Numbered from the stretch's first letter, positions 17,214 to 26,744 are shown. The stretch is 64,000 nt of DNA from Parcubacteria group bacterium (GCA_041659505.1 JBAZYF010000001.1:566712-630711), one strand, 5' to 3'. Numbers and translations are program-made. Notes: generated by a model from the letters alone, not told the origin.

Positions 17214-18287
17214 TTAAAGTTTCACCTCCACCGCATCCCCATCTTTGAGCGACTTATTTCCTGAAACAATAATCTGTGTATCTTTTGGCAAATCTAACTT
17301 AACCTCAGCAATCTCACCAGTGATGTGATCAATGGTTAGATTGATTTTTTTGGCTTTGCCATTGGAGGCGATAAAAAGATAGCTTTCATTTTGTCCGACA
17401 GTAATCGAAGAGAGGGGAAGCAGGATTGCGTCTGTTTTTTGAGGTTGCTCTGTGATGTTCAGAGAAACATTAATAATCGTTCCGCTAAGCAAAGTATTTT
17501 TTTCCAACGGCGCTGCTTCGATTAGAAACTTTTTTGTCGCAGGGTCTGCTTGAGAGGAAATGTTGGTAATTTTTGCGCTAAAAGTTTTTCCGTCATTATC
17601 AGTTAGACTCACAGTAAGACCAAGGGAAAAATGGAAAAATTGCTCTTGGTCAACAAAAAACTGCACTTTTAGTTTTCCAGTTTTGCTAATCGTGGTGAGC
17701 ACGTCTCCCGCGGAAACACTGTCTCCCAGGGAAACTTGTTTTGAGGTAACGACGCCGGAAATTGGTGCGGTAATGAGGTGGGCGTCTAGTGCTCCGGAAA
17801 GAGCGATCTGAGCATCTTCATATTGCCTCTTGGCAATGTCACGCGCACTGCGGTTGGCAAAGCTATCAACTTTTTTGTAATTATTTTCAGCCAGTTGTAA
17901 AGATTCTTTGGCAATTCGCACGGCTTGTTCCAACGCTTGAATTTGTGCGCTTTGGAAATTATTTTTTCCTGCCTCAGAATTGTTGCCGGTGTCATCAATT
18001 TTCACGAGCGTTTGACCTTGGGCGACATTTTTCCCCAAATCAAAGTTAATATTTGTGACCGTTCCGCCAGATTTGGCGGTAATCTTCGCTTCATCTTGTC
18101 CCATCACCGTCGCGGGGAAGAGTAGGGTTTTTTTGAGCGTGGCGCTCTGGGCAATCGTTTGCACGCCGACCGGTGTTGCAGTCGCTTCGGGCGTCGCGGG
18201 AGCAGAGCTTTGTGAGTTGGATTTTTGATAGCCCCAAAAAGCAATGAGGGCGAGAACTAAAATGAGAGGAATGAGGATTTTTTTCAT
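17214..18287 (-). CDS. RND efflux periplasmic adaptor (membrane-fusion protein, HlyD/AcrA family)
   Basis: N-terminal TM anchor, coiled-coil, ITAPISGVVTSKQVSLGDSVSAGDVL lipoyl-like motif; upstream of the RND gene on the same strand. Confidence 0.85.
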   Translation of the reverse strand: MKKILIPLILVLALIAFWGYQKSNSQSSAPATPEATATPVGVQTIAQSATLKKTLLFPATVMGQDEAKITAKSGGTVTNINFDLGKNVAQGQTLVKIDDTGNNSEAGKNNFQSAQIQALEQAVRIAKESLQLAENNYKKVDSFANRSARDIAKRQYEDAQIALSGALDAHLITAPISGVVTSKQVSLGDSVSAGDVLTTISKTGKLKVQFFVDQEQFFHFSLGLTVSLTDNDGKTFSAKITNISSQADPATKKFLIEAAPLEKNTLLSGTIINVSLNITEQPQKTDAILLPLSSITVGQNESYLFIASNGKAKKINLTIDHITGEIAEVKLDLPKDTQIIVSGNKSLKDGDAVEVKL

Positions 18288-18324
18288 AAAAATAAGTTAA
18301 ATTAAGTTAGCCACTCGACTTTGA

Positions 18325-18353
18325 ATTTTAGGTGAAATTGGCTTTTTTGTCAA
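18325..18353 (-). promoter_or_regulatory. sigma70-like promoter (TTGACA-N17-TAAAAT) for the MFP-RND operon
   Basis: Minus-strand reading of TGTCAA..ATTTTA about 35 nt upstream of the MFP ATG. Confidence 0.45.
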
Positions 18354-18361
18354 ACAAAATG

Positions 18362-18416
18362 AGGAAAGAAAAAAGGCTTTCATTGTTTAGCATTGCTTTG
18401 CTATTCAATGAAAGCC
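18362..18416 (-). terminator. rho-independent terminator for the 18675<-18448 gene
   Basis: GGCTTTCATTG..CAATGAAAGCC 11-bp stem followed by a T-run on the minus strand. Confidence 0.5.
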
Positions 18417-18447
18417 CAGTGTTGTTTGGCCGATTGACTGTTTAAAA

Positions 18448-18675
18448 TTACCAGAGAGCGCAGGCGTCTCCTTCCTTGCATTGAAACATATCCAGAACTT
18501 CCCCGGCGATAGCGGCCTTCGTCTCATCGTCTCCTGTGAAAACCACCTTCCGAACGCCGTTACTGAAGTCAATTTCCACATCACAATTGTATTTGCGCGA
18601 CGCAGCCTTTACAATTCTGGCCATGATCTCCAGATTGGCATCCTCGATATTTATCGGAACCATATTCAAGACCAT
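18448..18675 (-). CDS. hypothetical small protein (75 aa)
   Basis: GGAGGGAGT SD abutting the ATG; no family recognised. Confidence 0.5.
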   Translation of the reverse strand: MVLNMVPINIEDANLEIMARIVKAASRKYNCDVEIDFSNGVRKVVFTGDDETKAAIAGEVLDMFQCKEGDACALW

Positions 18676-18845
18676 ACTCCCTCCGTTATTTTTGCGTCAT
18701 TCGTTGATGACGCTGTTAGTTTTGGCACAGCCGGGAAATCCGGTGGCCATATTGAAAGTTTTAGCACGTTTAATCTGCTTAGTCAAAATAAAAACCGGAC
18801 TATTTGATTAATCCGATTTTTTGAGAAAACTAGGTTCTTGTGAAG

Positions 18846-19196
18846 TTACATTTTCTTGAAAGAAATTTTGTAGACCGGCTCATAGGCGTTGTCGTATTCA
18901 TCTTTAATCTCGACAGTCTTGCCTTCCATCAGAGTCGACATCGCCACATCGGTGATTTCCTGGTCGAGTTCTTCGGCTTTTTTCTTGAGCGCTTCCAGTT
19001 TGGCATAGCGCTCTCCCATTCGGCTTTGGGTCATGGCTTCAATTTGTTTTTTCTTCTCGCGCAGTTTTTTCAGTTCATCTGTTACTTCAACATAACCATT
19101 GGCGTTCATCAATGCATCGGTGTATTCTTTGCGAATTTCTTTTTGCTCTTTTTTTGTGACTTGGAGCGTGTCAAACAGGTCTTGGATGTTTTGCAT
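18846..19196 (-). CDS. hypothetical coiled-coil protein (116 aa)
   Basis: ORF only; charged coiled-coil composition. Confidence 0.45.
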   Translation of the reverse strand: MQNIQDLFDTLQVTKKEQKEIRKEYTDALMNANGYVEVTDELKKLREKKKQIEAMTQSRMGERYAKLEALKKKAEELDQEITDVAMSTLMEGKTVEIKDEYDNAYEPVYKISFKKM

Positions 19197-19330
19197 TTAC
19201 TTTGATACGACGTAGCCTCTTCGACCCGCCATAGCTTTAGCGGAGGAGGTTGGCGTAGTCGATTTTTAAAAATATTTATTAGCCACAAGATTGATGATAG
19301 CATAGATTTTTAAAAAGGGGAAAATATTGT

Positions 19331-19358
19331 TCGTAGAGACGCCCCGCTGGGACGTCTA
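19331..19358. repeat. GC-rich hairpin element, copy A (GTAGAGACGCCCCGCTGGGACGTCTAGAG)
   Basis: Inverted relative to copy B 60 bp downstream; family AGACGCCCCAGCGGGGCGTCT. Confidence 0.6.
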
Positions 19359-19417
19359 GAGCCATAATTGATATCCAATGGGTTTGTAATTAAGGCGTGG
19401 ATTAGGGCAAAGCATCA

Positions 19418-19449
19418 AAGACGCCCCAGCGGGGCGTCTCTACGAAAAA
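19418..19449. repeat. GC-rich hairpin element, copy B (AGACGCCCCAGCGGGGCGTCTCTAC)
   Basis: Perfect 8-bp stem GACGCCCC/GGGGCGTC with AGC loop; pairs with copy A into an about 120-bp inverted-repeat unit. Confidence 0.6.
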
Positions 19450-19564
19450 TGCCTTCATAAAGCCAAAAATCCAGCACTTGACTTTTTAGTCAAAAAGTGC
19501 TATGATTACTTGATTAGAAAAATAGAAAATAATATAAAAAAACAACTGAAAAAGGAGAGGAAAA

Positions 19565-19873
19565 ATGAGAAAAGAATTTAAGATTCTTAGCTGGGTTGCT
19601 GTTGCTGCGGTCTTCTTGATTGGTATTGGCTATGGCATCTCCCTTGTTAGTTTAGACAATCAAGAAAGAGTTTCGAAGATTGTCCATCAAGGAAAGGCGG
19701 AAGCTCCATATATCGATATAAATAAGAAGCTCAAGAATGATTTGGCCAACGCCAAGATGCTTCTTATGGTTATCGAAGATCGGAAACTCGAAGGCAAACC
19801 CTATTCCGCTTCTGAGGAAAAGGAGCAGCAACAGTTTGTTGCAGATCTCCAGGCAGTTTTGGAAAAAAGGTAA
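19565..19873 (+). CDS. small membrane-anchored hypothetical protein (102 aa)
   Basis: AAAGGAGAGG SD; N-terminal TM helix. Confidence 0.55.
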   Translation: MRKEFKILSWVAVAAVFLIGIGYGISLVSLDNQERVSKIVHQGKAEAPYIDINKKLKNDLANAKMLLMVIEDRKLEGKPYSASEEKEQQQFVADLQAVLEKR

Positions 19874-19910
19874 CTAACGCCCTGAACCTAGGGCGAGCAA
19901 CGAAAAAATA

Positions 19911-19945
19911 TGAGGGGATTTCTGGAAACCAGAGACCCTCTTTTA
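19911..19945 (+). terminator. rho-independent terminator
   Basis: GAGGGGATTTCTGG..CCAGAGACCCTC followed by TTTTAT. Confidence 0.5.
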
Positions 19946-20040
19946 TGATGGAAAAATTTTACAGATTTAAAAATTGATGTTAGCTTGGAAATAGGCTATT
20001 TCTAATCGTTTTTTAAACTTTAATCATAAAGGAGGCGGTT

Positions 20041-20208
20041 ATGAACATTGGCGCGGTTACGGTGGGATTGTTTGTGCTTGCGGTAGGTTTTCTCATAGTT
20101 CCTTTATTGAAAAAGGCGTGGAAGGATTTTTATTATGAAGAAGATGGGGATTTTCCGGTCAGTGATGATATTAATGCTCGAATAACAGAGATGGATTGGC
20201 AAAGATAG
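20041..20208 (+). CDS. small hydrophobic protein (55 aa, below the ORF-track threshold)
   Basis: AAAGGAGG SD 5 nt upstream; MNIGAVTVGLFVLAVGFLIVPLL TM segment. Confidence 0.35.
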   Translation: MNIGAVTVGLFVLAVGFLIVPLLKKAWKDFYYEEDGDFPVSDDINARITEMDWQR

Positions 20209-20295
20209 GAGTATGTTTACAAATAGGATGGTAAATGTGGACATAGGGGAAGTTGGCTTATTGAAACCAACTTCCCTCATTTTTTTTCTAGGGCA

Positions 20296-20308
20296 GTTGT
20301 GCTAAACT
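20296..20308 (+). promoter_or_regulatory. extended -10-like motif TTGTGCTAAACTA 6 nt upstream of the amidase ATG (leaderless-type promoter candidate)
   Basis: Identical 13-mer recurs 8 nt upstream of the ftsK ATG. Confidence 0.35.
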
Positions 20309-20314
20309 AACAAC

Positions 20315-21121
20315 ATGCTCAAAAAAACCAAAATTCAAATAATAACAAGTGTGGCTTTAGGCGTCATTTTGATTGGGGCTTTTTTTTATTTTCATAAAGC
20401 TGGTGAAAATAAAAAAGTAGAGCTTAACCTGGCGCAAAATAGTGAGGAGCAAAAGCAAGAGATGGTTGAAGAAAATATTAGTAATCAAGATAATAATGCT
20501 GATATTCCGGAAAAGGTGGACCCGCTTTCGCTAACCTCCTCCGCTGAAGAGCTACGGCGGGTCGAGGAGCTACAGCGTGGCGAAGGAAAAGACACCAAAG
20601 TCGTAGATAATTCATCAACTGCTGATGCAAGTGGTGAGGCGGAAGCGCCGAAAGTGACCAAGCTATCCATTGCAAATCGACTTGTTTCTTTCGGATTTCA
20701 AGCGTCTTCGGAGCGGAAAATCGACACGATTATTATTCATTCGTCCTATGATGCAATTGGTGATGATCCATATTCGGTTAGCGGCGTAATCGCGGAATAC
20801 AAGAGCTATGGCGTGTCTCCGCACTATCTGATTGATCGCAAGGGCAAAGTGTACCGACTTGTCGAAGACAAAAATATCGCCTATCATGCGGGAGAGAGCA
20901 AGATGCCGGACGGTCGCACGGGCGTGAACGCGTTTTCCATCGGGGTGGAGATGCTCACCACTAAAAAAGATAAGTTGACCAGTGCGCAATATTCCGCGCT
21001 GAAACTGCTTATTGCGGATCTCAAGGGGAAATATAAAATCGGTGATGTCTTGGGGCACAATCAGATTGCACCGGGCAGGAAGGATGATCCTTGGAATTTT
21101 GAGTGGAATAAATTGAAATAA
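20315..21121 (+). CDS. N-acetylmuramoyl-L-alanine amidase (Amidase_2/PGRP fold), membrane-anchored
   Basis: IIHSSY, HYLIDRKGKVYRLVEDKNIAYHAG, FSIGVEM, GHNQIAPGRKDDP motifs. Confidence 0.85.
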   Translation: MLKKTKIQIITSVALGVILIGAFFYFHKAGENKKVELNLAQNSEEQKQEMVEENISNQDNNADIPEKVDPLSLTSSAEELRRVEELQRGEGKDTKVVDNSSTADASGEAEAPKVTKLSIANRLVSFGFQASSERKIDTIIIHSSYDAIGDDPYSVSGVIAEYKSYGVSPHYLIDRKGKVYRLVEDKNIAYHAGESKMPDGRTGVNAFSIGVEMLTTKKDKLTSAQYSALKLLIADLKGKYKIGDVLGHNQIAPGRKDDPWNFEWNKLK

Positions 21122-21122
21122 T

Positions 21123-22199
21123 ATGCTCAAGAGAAAAAAAATTTCTGTTTCTTTGCCTATTTTAAAAAAAGTTCCCTATCGGACATTTCTTGATATGCCT
21201 GCCAAATTGGCTGGCGTGCCAATGTTTTATACTGTATTTTTCAGTCTTGGTTCTTTGAATGCGGAGCATTTTAGTAATCTTTTTTTATCTTCGCCAAAAA
21301 GGTATGAGAAGAAAAGTGTTGAGGGAGTTTTTCAGGAGGTTAAAAATTTTCGGCAGTTGGAAAAATTTTATAAAACATATTGGCACAAGCTATCAGACGA
21401 AGAAAAAATTGCATACGGACTTATTTTGTTGCATGCTAATTTTTCTTCTTGGCTTACTGACGGGATTTATGAAATTATGATAGATTGTCCGCCTTCCGGT
21501 TTTAATGTGGAGAGTCAAGTTTCGGTGGAAAAATTACCAACGCTAGAGATTATAAAGAAAAAATCAACAGCTGCCTTTATGGGTGCAGATAAGGATATTT
21601 ATGATTTTATAGAGAAGATTATGAAAGAGCTGGCAGTGATAATTTCTAAAAATAGAGAAATTGTGAAGGCGGTGCATAGGAGGGAAATGAGGCGAATAAT
21701 GAGTTTTACAAATTTTTATGAGTTGATGCAAAATTCTATATTGCAGCTTCTCTATAGTCATCCAGGAGTATCTCGTTTTCAAAAGCCAGTTTCTGAAATA
21801 TTTTTCAAAAATATCGGGCATTCTATTTCCAAACCAAAGAAGTATTATCTTTTTCCGAAAAAAGAGAGAAGAGGATTGGTGGGGTTGTCAGCCTCTCCTG
21901 GAAAAGTTGTGGGGGTCGCAGTAGTGTATAATTGGCTGAATAGTGCTCATGAAAAAATCAAAAAAGGAAATATTTTAGTTTGTCCAAAAACTGATCCGGC
22001 CTGGGTTTCGCTTATGCGTAAGGTTTCGGGTGTGATTACTGAAAGTGGAGGCGTGCTCTCGCATGCAGCTATTGTCGCGAGAGAGCTTGGGATACCTTGC
22101 ATCGTTGGTCTTTTTGGCGCAATGAAAAAAATAAAGAGTGGTGACTTGCTGAAGATGGACGCTGATAGAGGGACAGTTAAAATTATTAAGAAAAAATAA
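21123..22199 (+). CDS. protein with C-terminal PEP-utilising-enzyme mobile (phosphohistidine swivel) domain; N-terminal 250 aa unknown
   Basis: GVITESGGVLSHAAIVARELGIPCIVG matches the PEP-utilizers swivel domain. Confidence 0.7.
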   Translation: MLKRKKISVSLPILKKVPYRTFLDMPAKLAGVPMFYTVFFSLGSLNAEHFSNLFLSSPKRYEKKSVEGVFQEVKNFRQLEKFYKTYWHKLSDEEKIAYGLILLHANFSSWLTDGIYEIMIDCPPSGFNVESQVSVEKLPTLEIIKKKSTAAFMGADKDIYDFIEKIMKELAVIISKNREIVKAVHRREMRRIMSFTNFYELMQNSILQLLYSHPGVSRFQKPVSEIFFKNIGHSISKPKKYYLFPKKERRGLVGLSASPGKVVGVAVVYNWLNSAHEKIKKGNILVCPKTDPAWVSLMRKVSGVITESGGVLSHAAIVARELGIPCIVGLFGAMKKIKSGDLLKMDADRGTVKIIKKK

Positions 22200-22202
22200 G
22201 CT

Positions 22203-22484
22203 ATGCAAATCATTATCGAAATCAAAAATAAAATCACCAAACTGATCCTCAAGGATGGCCAAAAAACTGTTGACGAGGTGGTTTTTGGGGCGGAGGAAAA
22301 TATTTCCGAAAAACTGTTGCCTAATTTTGACGTGCTGCTCAAGAAAAATGAGTTTACTTTAGAGGATATTGCTAATGTCGAGGTGGAAACTGATTTGGGC
22401 GACACTTTCACGTCCCGAAGAATCGCCGAAGCGATGAAAAATGCTTTTCTATGGACTAAAAAGAACAAAAACCAGAAAATTTGA
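22203..22484 (+). CDS. hypothetical protein (93 aa), weak TsaB/YeaZ N-terminal-like pattern
   Basis: Starts 4 nt after the previous stop; resemblance is weak. Confidence 0.4.
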   Translation: MQIIIEIKNKITKLILKDGQKTVDEVVFGAEENISEKLLPNFDVLLKKNEFTLEDIANVEVETDLGDTFTSRRIAEAMKNAFLWTKKNKNQKI

Positions 22485-22556
22485 CAATTTTACTAGAAAA
22501 GACTATTTTTTCTAGTCACAGTTCGTTTTGTTAACATCCAAGGGGAGGGCACGGCT

Positions 22557-22850
22557 ATGAAAAAAGTTTTAAGTGGTAATGGCGGTTTTCCTGATAATGC
22601 GGTAGAAATTATAGTTTCAGGAATCAATAGGCTTTTAAAAAAGCCAACCGCCGATGAGATTGCTTGCCATCGCGAATGGGAAGCGGGGGATTTTCGAGAC
22701 GAATACCAATGTCTCGAAAGGGAAAATAAAATTCTCAAAAAGACAATTTCCGCGTTGGAAGCGGAAATTACGCTTCTCAAAAAAGATAACGCTGAATTAA
22801 AGGAGGTGGCTGACGACCTCCTGGGCGAAATCTTTGAAGCAAGTGGGTAG
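22557..22850 (+). CDS. hypothetical coiled-coil protein (97 aa)
   Basis: AGGGGAGG SD; terminator follows. Confidence 0.5.
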   Translation: MKKVLSGNGGFPDNAVEIIVSGINRLLKKPTADEIACHREWEAGDFRDEYQCLERENKILKKTISALEAEITLLKKDNAELKEVADDLLGEIFEASG

Positions 22851-22884
22851 ATGTTAAGGCTAATCAGAGCCGCAATCTGCCAAA

Positions 22885-22918
22885 ACCGCCGGTCAACAAA
22901 CCGGCGGTATTATTTTTG
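22885..22918 (+). terminator. rho-independent terminator
   Basis: ACCGCCGG..CCGGCGGT 8-bp stem followed by ATTATTTTTG. Confidence 0.65.
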
Positions 22919-22919
22919 C

Positions 22920-22949
22920 TTGACACAAATTTCTAAAATAGTGTATAAT
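22920..22949 (+). promoter_or_regulatory. strong sigma70-type promoter TTGACA-N18-TGTATAAT upstream of rpoB
   Basis: Consensus -35 and extended -10 elements. Confidence 0.55.
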
Positions 22950-23203
22950 ACTGTTGTAATGAAAAAAAGCACAACTATACTTTCTTAGATTTTTGCGTCC
23001 GCTAAAAAAATAGCGGGTGGCTTGCTTTATTTTTGATGTTGTGCAATACTGATTTTAGTGCTTATTTTACTTGAAAATAACTTCTCCACCTACCATGGGG
23101 AATTTGAAATTTTGAATAAAAAGAATTAGGTAAACTTAATACTTTAATATAAATCTCATTTAAATTATTATTTCTCGGGTGAGAATAGAGAAATAATAAG
23201 GCA

Positions 23204-26200
23204 ATGAGCACTATTTGTATGCTTAAAGACTCCAAGAGTTTAAAGGTAAAAGATGCCTTTGGTTCGCAATCTTCTCTGTCCAAGAGAAAATTTTTCAAAT
23301 CAATGTCTATGGTATCTTTGCCAAACTTGATTGAGGTTCAGTTGAATTCCTACAACTGGCTCCTAGAAAAGGGTCTCAAAGAGCTTTTGGATGAAGTCAA
23401 CCCGATTGTGGACTTTACCGAAAAAGATTTGGAGCTGTCTTTCAAGGAATATTACTTGGACGAACCGAAATACAACGAAGTGGTGGCGAAGAATAAAAAT
23501 ATTTCCTATGAAGCGCCACTGCGATGCAAGGCGCAACTTCTCATCAAAAAAACCGGAGAGGTGAAAGAGCAGGAAATTTATCTGGGAGACTTTCCGCTGA
23601 TGACTGATCGAGGAACCTTTATCATCAACGGCGTGGAAAGAGTGGTGGTCAGTCAGATCATTAGAAGCCCCGGTGTATTTTTCTCGATGGACTACCAAAA
23701 AGGCAAGAAATTGTTCGGTGCGAAAATTATTCCTAATCGAGGAGCGTGGCTGGAAATTGAGACGGACACGGAAGGCGCGATCTATGTAAAAATTGACCGG
23801 AAAAGAAAAGTAGCGATTACTTCACTTTTGCGGGCTTTTGGTTATGGCACTGACGCGAAACTTTTGGAACTTTTCAAAGATGCCGACAAGGGTGAAGTTT
23901 CTTTTATCGAGGAGACAATTAAAAAAGATATTGCGAAAAGCCAGGGAGAAGGTTACAAGGAAGTTTACAAAAGAATCCGTCCGGGAGATCTCGCAACAGA
24001 ATCAAACGCCAAGCAAGTGATTGACTCGATGTTTTTTAGTTTTGAAAAATATGACTTTGGAGCTGTGGGACGCTACCGCTTGAACCAAAGACTTGAAGTG
24101 GAAGCGCCCAATGATGAATTGCATCGCGTTTTGACTCACGACGATTTGATCCGCATCATCAAAGAAATCATCCGACTGAACAATGATCCGATGGCGATTG
24201 CTGATGATATCGATCACCTGGGAAACAGACGCGTGCGCTCGGTAGGAGAGTTGGTGCAAAACAAATTGCGTGTCGGCTTTGCCAGAACTGTGCGAAACAT
24301 TAAAGACCGGATGAGTACCTGCGACATGGAAACCGTCGTCCCAGGACAATTGGTCAATTCTCGCCCAATTGCTGCTTCGATCAAAGAATTTTTTGCTAGC
24401 TCGCAACTTTCGCAATTTATGGACCAGGTCAACCCGTTGGCCGAGCTTGAGCATAAGCGTCGTATCAGTGCGATGGGACCAGGCGGACTCACGCGAGAGC
24501 GCGCCGGTTTTGAAGTGCGCGACGTGCATCATTCTCATTATGGCCGGATCTGCCCGGTGGAAACTCCGGAAGGACCGAATATTGGTCTCGTTGGACATCT
24601 CGCAACGTATACTAAAATCAATCAATATGGTTTTCTAGAAACTCCTTATCTACGGGTATATAAGGAAGTCGACAACAATGAAGAGAAATTGACGAACCGA
24701 ATTTTAGATGAAGAAGTGGAAGGTTTGGCAGTTGGAACTCTTTTGGATGAGACAGCGCTTAAAACAGTCTTGAAATCAAAAGCGAAAACGATCAAAGTCA
24801 AACCATTTGTGAGCCACGACATCGACTATATCAATGCGACAGTGGAAGATCGCAAAAACATAACGCACGCCGGAATTAAGATGGATGAATTTGGGAATAT
24901 TTTGGACGCCGTTGTTGGTGCTCGCGTAAAGGGCAACACGACTGAAATTGAAGCGACAAAATTAGACTATATCGATGTTTCTGCCAAACAATGTATTTCT
25001 GTGGCAACTTCGCTCATTCCATTCTTGGAGCACGACGATGCTAACCGTGCACTCATGGGAAGCAATATGCAACGCCAAGCTGTGTCTTGCGTAAAACCAC
25101 AAGCTCCGCTCGTGGGAACCGGCATTGAAGACAAGGCGGCAGTTGATTCAGGACAAGTGGTGGTGGCGCGCGCCGCAGGAGAAGTGACAGAAGTGGACGC
25201 GGATCATATTATTATTAAAGAAGAAGCTCCAGTGGGAGCAAAAAAACCTTTTCTCAAACGCGATTATCATTTGCAGAGTTTTGTTAAATCCAATGCCTTC
25301 ACCTCGATGAATCAAGTGCCACGCGTGGCGAAGGGTGATGTGGTGAAAAAGGGACAACTTTTGGCTGACGGTGCTTCGACTGATCACGGTGAGCTATCGC
25401 TTGGACAAAACATTGTAGTGGCTTTCATTCCGTGGGAAGGTTCGAACTATGAAGACGCGATCATCATTTCTGAAAAATTGGTGCAAGATGATCGCTATAG
25501 TTCGATCCATATTGAAGATTTTTCAATCGATGTGCGTGACACTAAGCTTGGACCGGAACTCATCACTCGTGATATTCCAAACATTGGTGAAGAGCGCCTC
25601 AAAAACTTGGATGAAACGGGAATTATTGTGATTGGAGCCGAAGTCGCTTCTGGCGATATTCTCGTCGGAAAGATTTCTCCTAAAGGTGAAGGTGATTTGA
25701 CGAGTGAAGAAAGATTATTGCGAGCAATTTTTGGAGAAAAATCAAGGGATGTCAAGGATAGCTCGCTCTATCTTCCCCATGGAGAATATGGCAAAGTGGT
25801 GGATATTAAAATCTTTTCTCGTGAACAAGGCGACAAACTTTCGACCGGTGTGATCCAGCAGATCCAAGTTAGCGTCGCTCAGCTCAAAAAAATCTCCGTT
25901 GGAGACAAGTTGGCCGGACGTCATGGAAACAAAGGTGTCATTTCTCGCATCGCTCCTGTTGAAGATATGCCATATCTGCCAGATGGAACTCCAGTGGATA
26001 TGATTCTCAATCCACTCGGTGTCGCTTCACGTATGAACATCGGACAAATCTTGGAAACGCATCTTGGTTGGGCAGCGCTGAAATTGGGCTACAAAGCCGC
26101 GACTCCTGCGCTTGAAGGTGTGACCGAAAAACAGATCAAGGAAGAACTCAAAAAAGCCGGACTACCAGAAAGTGGAAAAGTGCGTTTGGTAAATGGACGC

Positions 26201-26641
26201 TCAGGAGAAAAATTTGATAATGATTCGACGGTGGGTGTGATGTATGTAATGAAACTCCACCATTTGGTCGATGACAAGATCCATATGCGATCGATCGGAC
26301 CATACTCTTTGATTACACAGCAACCACTGGGAGGTAAAGCTCAATTTGGAGGCCAGCGTTTTGGAGAAATGGAAGTGTGGGCGCTGGAAGGTTATGGCGC
26401 ATCTTACACTTTACAAGAAATGCTCACGATCAAATCAGATGACCAGATGGGACGATCAAAAGCCTATGAATCAATCATTAAGGGTGACCCGATCAAGAGT
26501 CCGAATGTGCCAGCTTCTTTCCATGTGCTGGTCAGTGAACTGAAAGGTCTTGGGCTGAATGTTGAACTGAATGAAACCAGTGCTGATGGGAATGAGGATG
26601 TGGATGAAGTGCGCGTGAATCAGGATGATGAAAGTATTTAA
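23204..26641 (+). CDS. rpoB: DNA-directed RNA polymerase subunit beta
   Basis: LPNLIEVQ..SY, rifampicin-cluster region, GNKGV..., NMQRQAV and other universal beta-subunit motifs; start may be the Met 5 codons downstream. Confidence 0.95.
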   Translation: MSTICMLKDSKSLKVKDAFGSQSSLSKRKFFKSMSMVSLPNLIEVQLNSYNWLLEKGLKELLDEVNPIVDFTEKDLELSFKEYYLDEPKYNEVVAKNKNISYEAPLRCKAQLLIKKTGEVKEQEIYLGDFPLMTDRGTFIINGVERVVVSQIIRSPGVFFSMDYQKGKKLFGAKIIPNRGAWLEIETDTEGAIYVKIDRKRKVAITSLLRAFGYGTDAKLLELFKDADKGEVSFIEETIKKDIAKSQGEGYKEVYKRIRPGDLATESNAKQVIDSMFFSFEKYDFGAVGRYRLNQRLEVEAPNDELHRVLTHDDLIRIIKEIIRLNNDPMAIADDIDHLGNRRVRSVGELVQNKLRVGFARTVRNIKDRMSTCDMETVVPGQLVNSRPIAASIKEFFASSQLSQFMDQVNPLAELEHKRRISAMGPGGLTRERAGFEVRDVHHSHYGRICPVETPEGPNIGLVGHLATYTKINQYGFLETPYLRVYKEVDNNEEKLTNRILDEEVEGLAVGTLLDETALKTVLKSKAKTIKVKPFVSHDIDYINATVEDRKNITHAGIKMDEFGNILDAVVGARVKGNTTEIEATKLDYIDVSAKQCISVATSLIPFLEHDDANRALMGSNMQRQAVSCVKPQAPLVGTGIEDKAAVDSGQVVVARAAGEVTEVDADHIIIKEEAPVGAKKPFLKRDYHLQSFVKSNAFTSMNQVPRVAKGDVVKKGQLLADGASTDHGELSLGQNIVVAFIPWEGSNYEDAIIISEKLVQDDRYSSIHIEDFSIDVRDTKLGPELITRDIPNIGEERLKNLDETGIIVIGAEVASGDILVGKISPKGEGDLTSEERLLRAIFGEKSRDVKDSSLYLPHGEYGKVVDIKIFSREQGDKLSTGVIQQIQVSVAQLKKISVGDKLAGRHGNKGVISRIAPVEDMPYLPDGTPVDMILNPLGVASRMNIGQILETHLGWAALKLGYKAATPALEGVTEKQIKEELKKAGLPESGKVRLVNGRSGEKFDNDSTVGVMYVMKLHHLVDDKIHMRSIGPYSLITQQPLGGKAQFGGQRFGEMEVWALEGYGASYTLQEMLTIKSDDQMGRSKAYESIIKGDPIKSPNVPASFHVLVSELKGLGLNVELNETSADGNEDVDEVRVNQDDESI

Positions 26642-26660
26642 AGCCGATTCGAAACCAAAA

Positions 26661-26744
26661 ACCGATGCGAAACTACGAATGAATGCGAATCTACGAAATA
26701 GAACCGATGCGAATTAACGAATGAATGCGAATCTACGAATAGGA
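26661..26744 (+). repeat. tandem direct repeat, 2 x 42 bp (ACCGATGCGAA..CTACGAATGAATGCGAATCTACGAA..), in the rpoB-rpoC spacer
   Basis: About 37/42 identity between copies; contains TACGAAT heptamers. Confidence 0.6.

Noticed and set aside
23062-23298. 78-aa minus-strand ORF in the rpoB promoter and start region
   Set aside because: Overlaps the rpoB start and promoter, has no RBS, and is AT-rich low-complexity.
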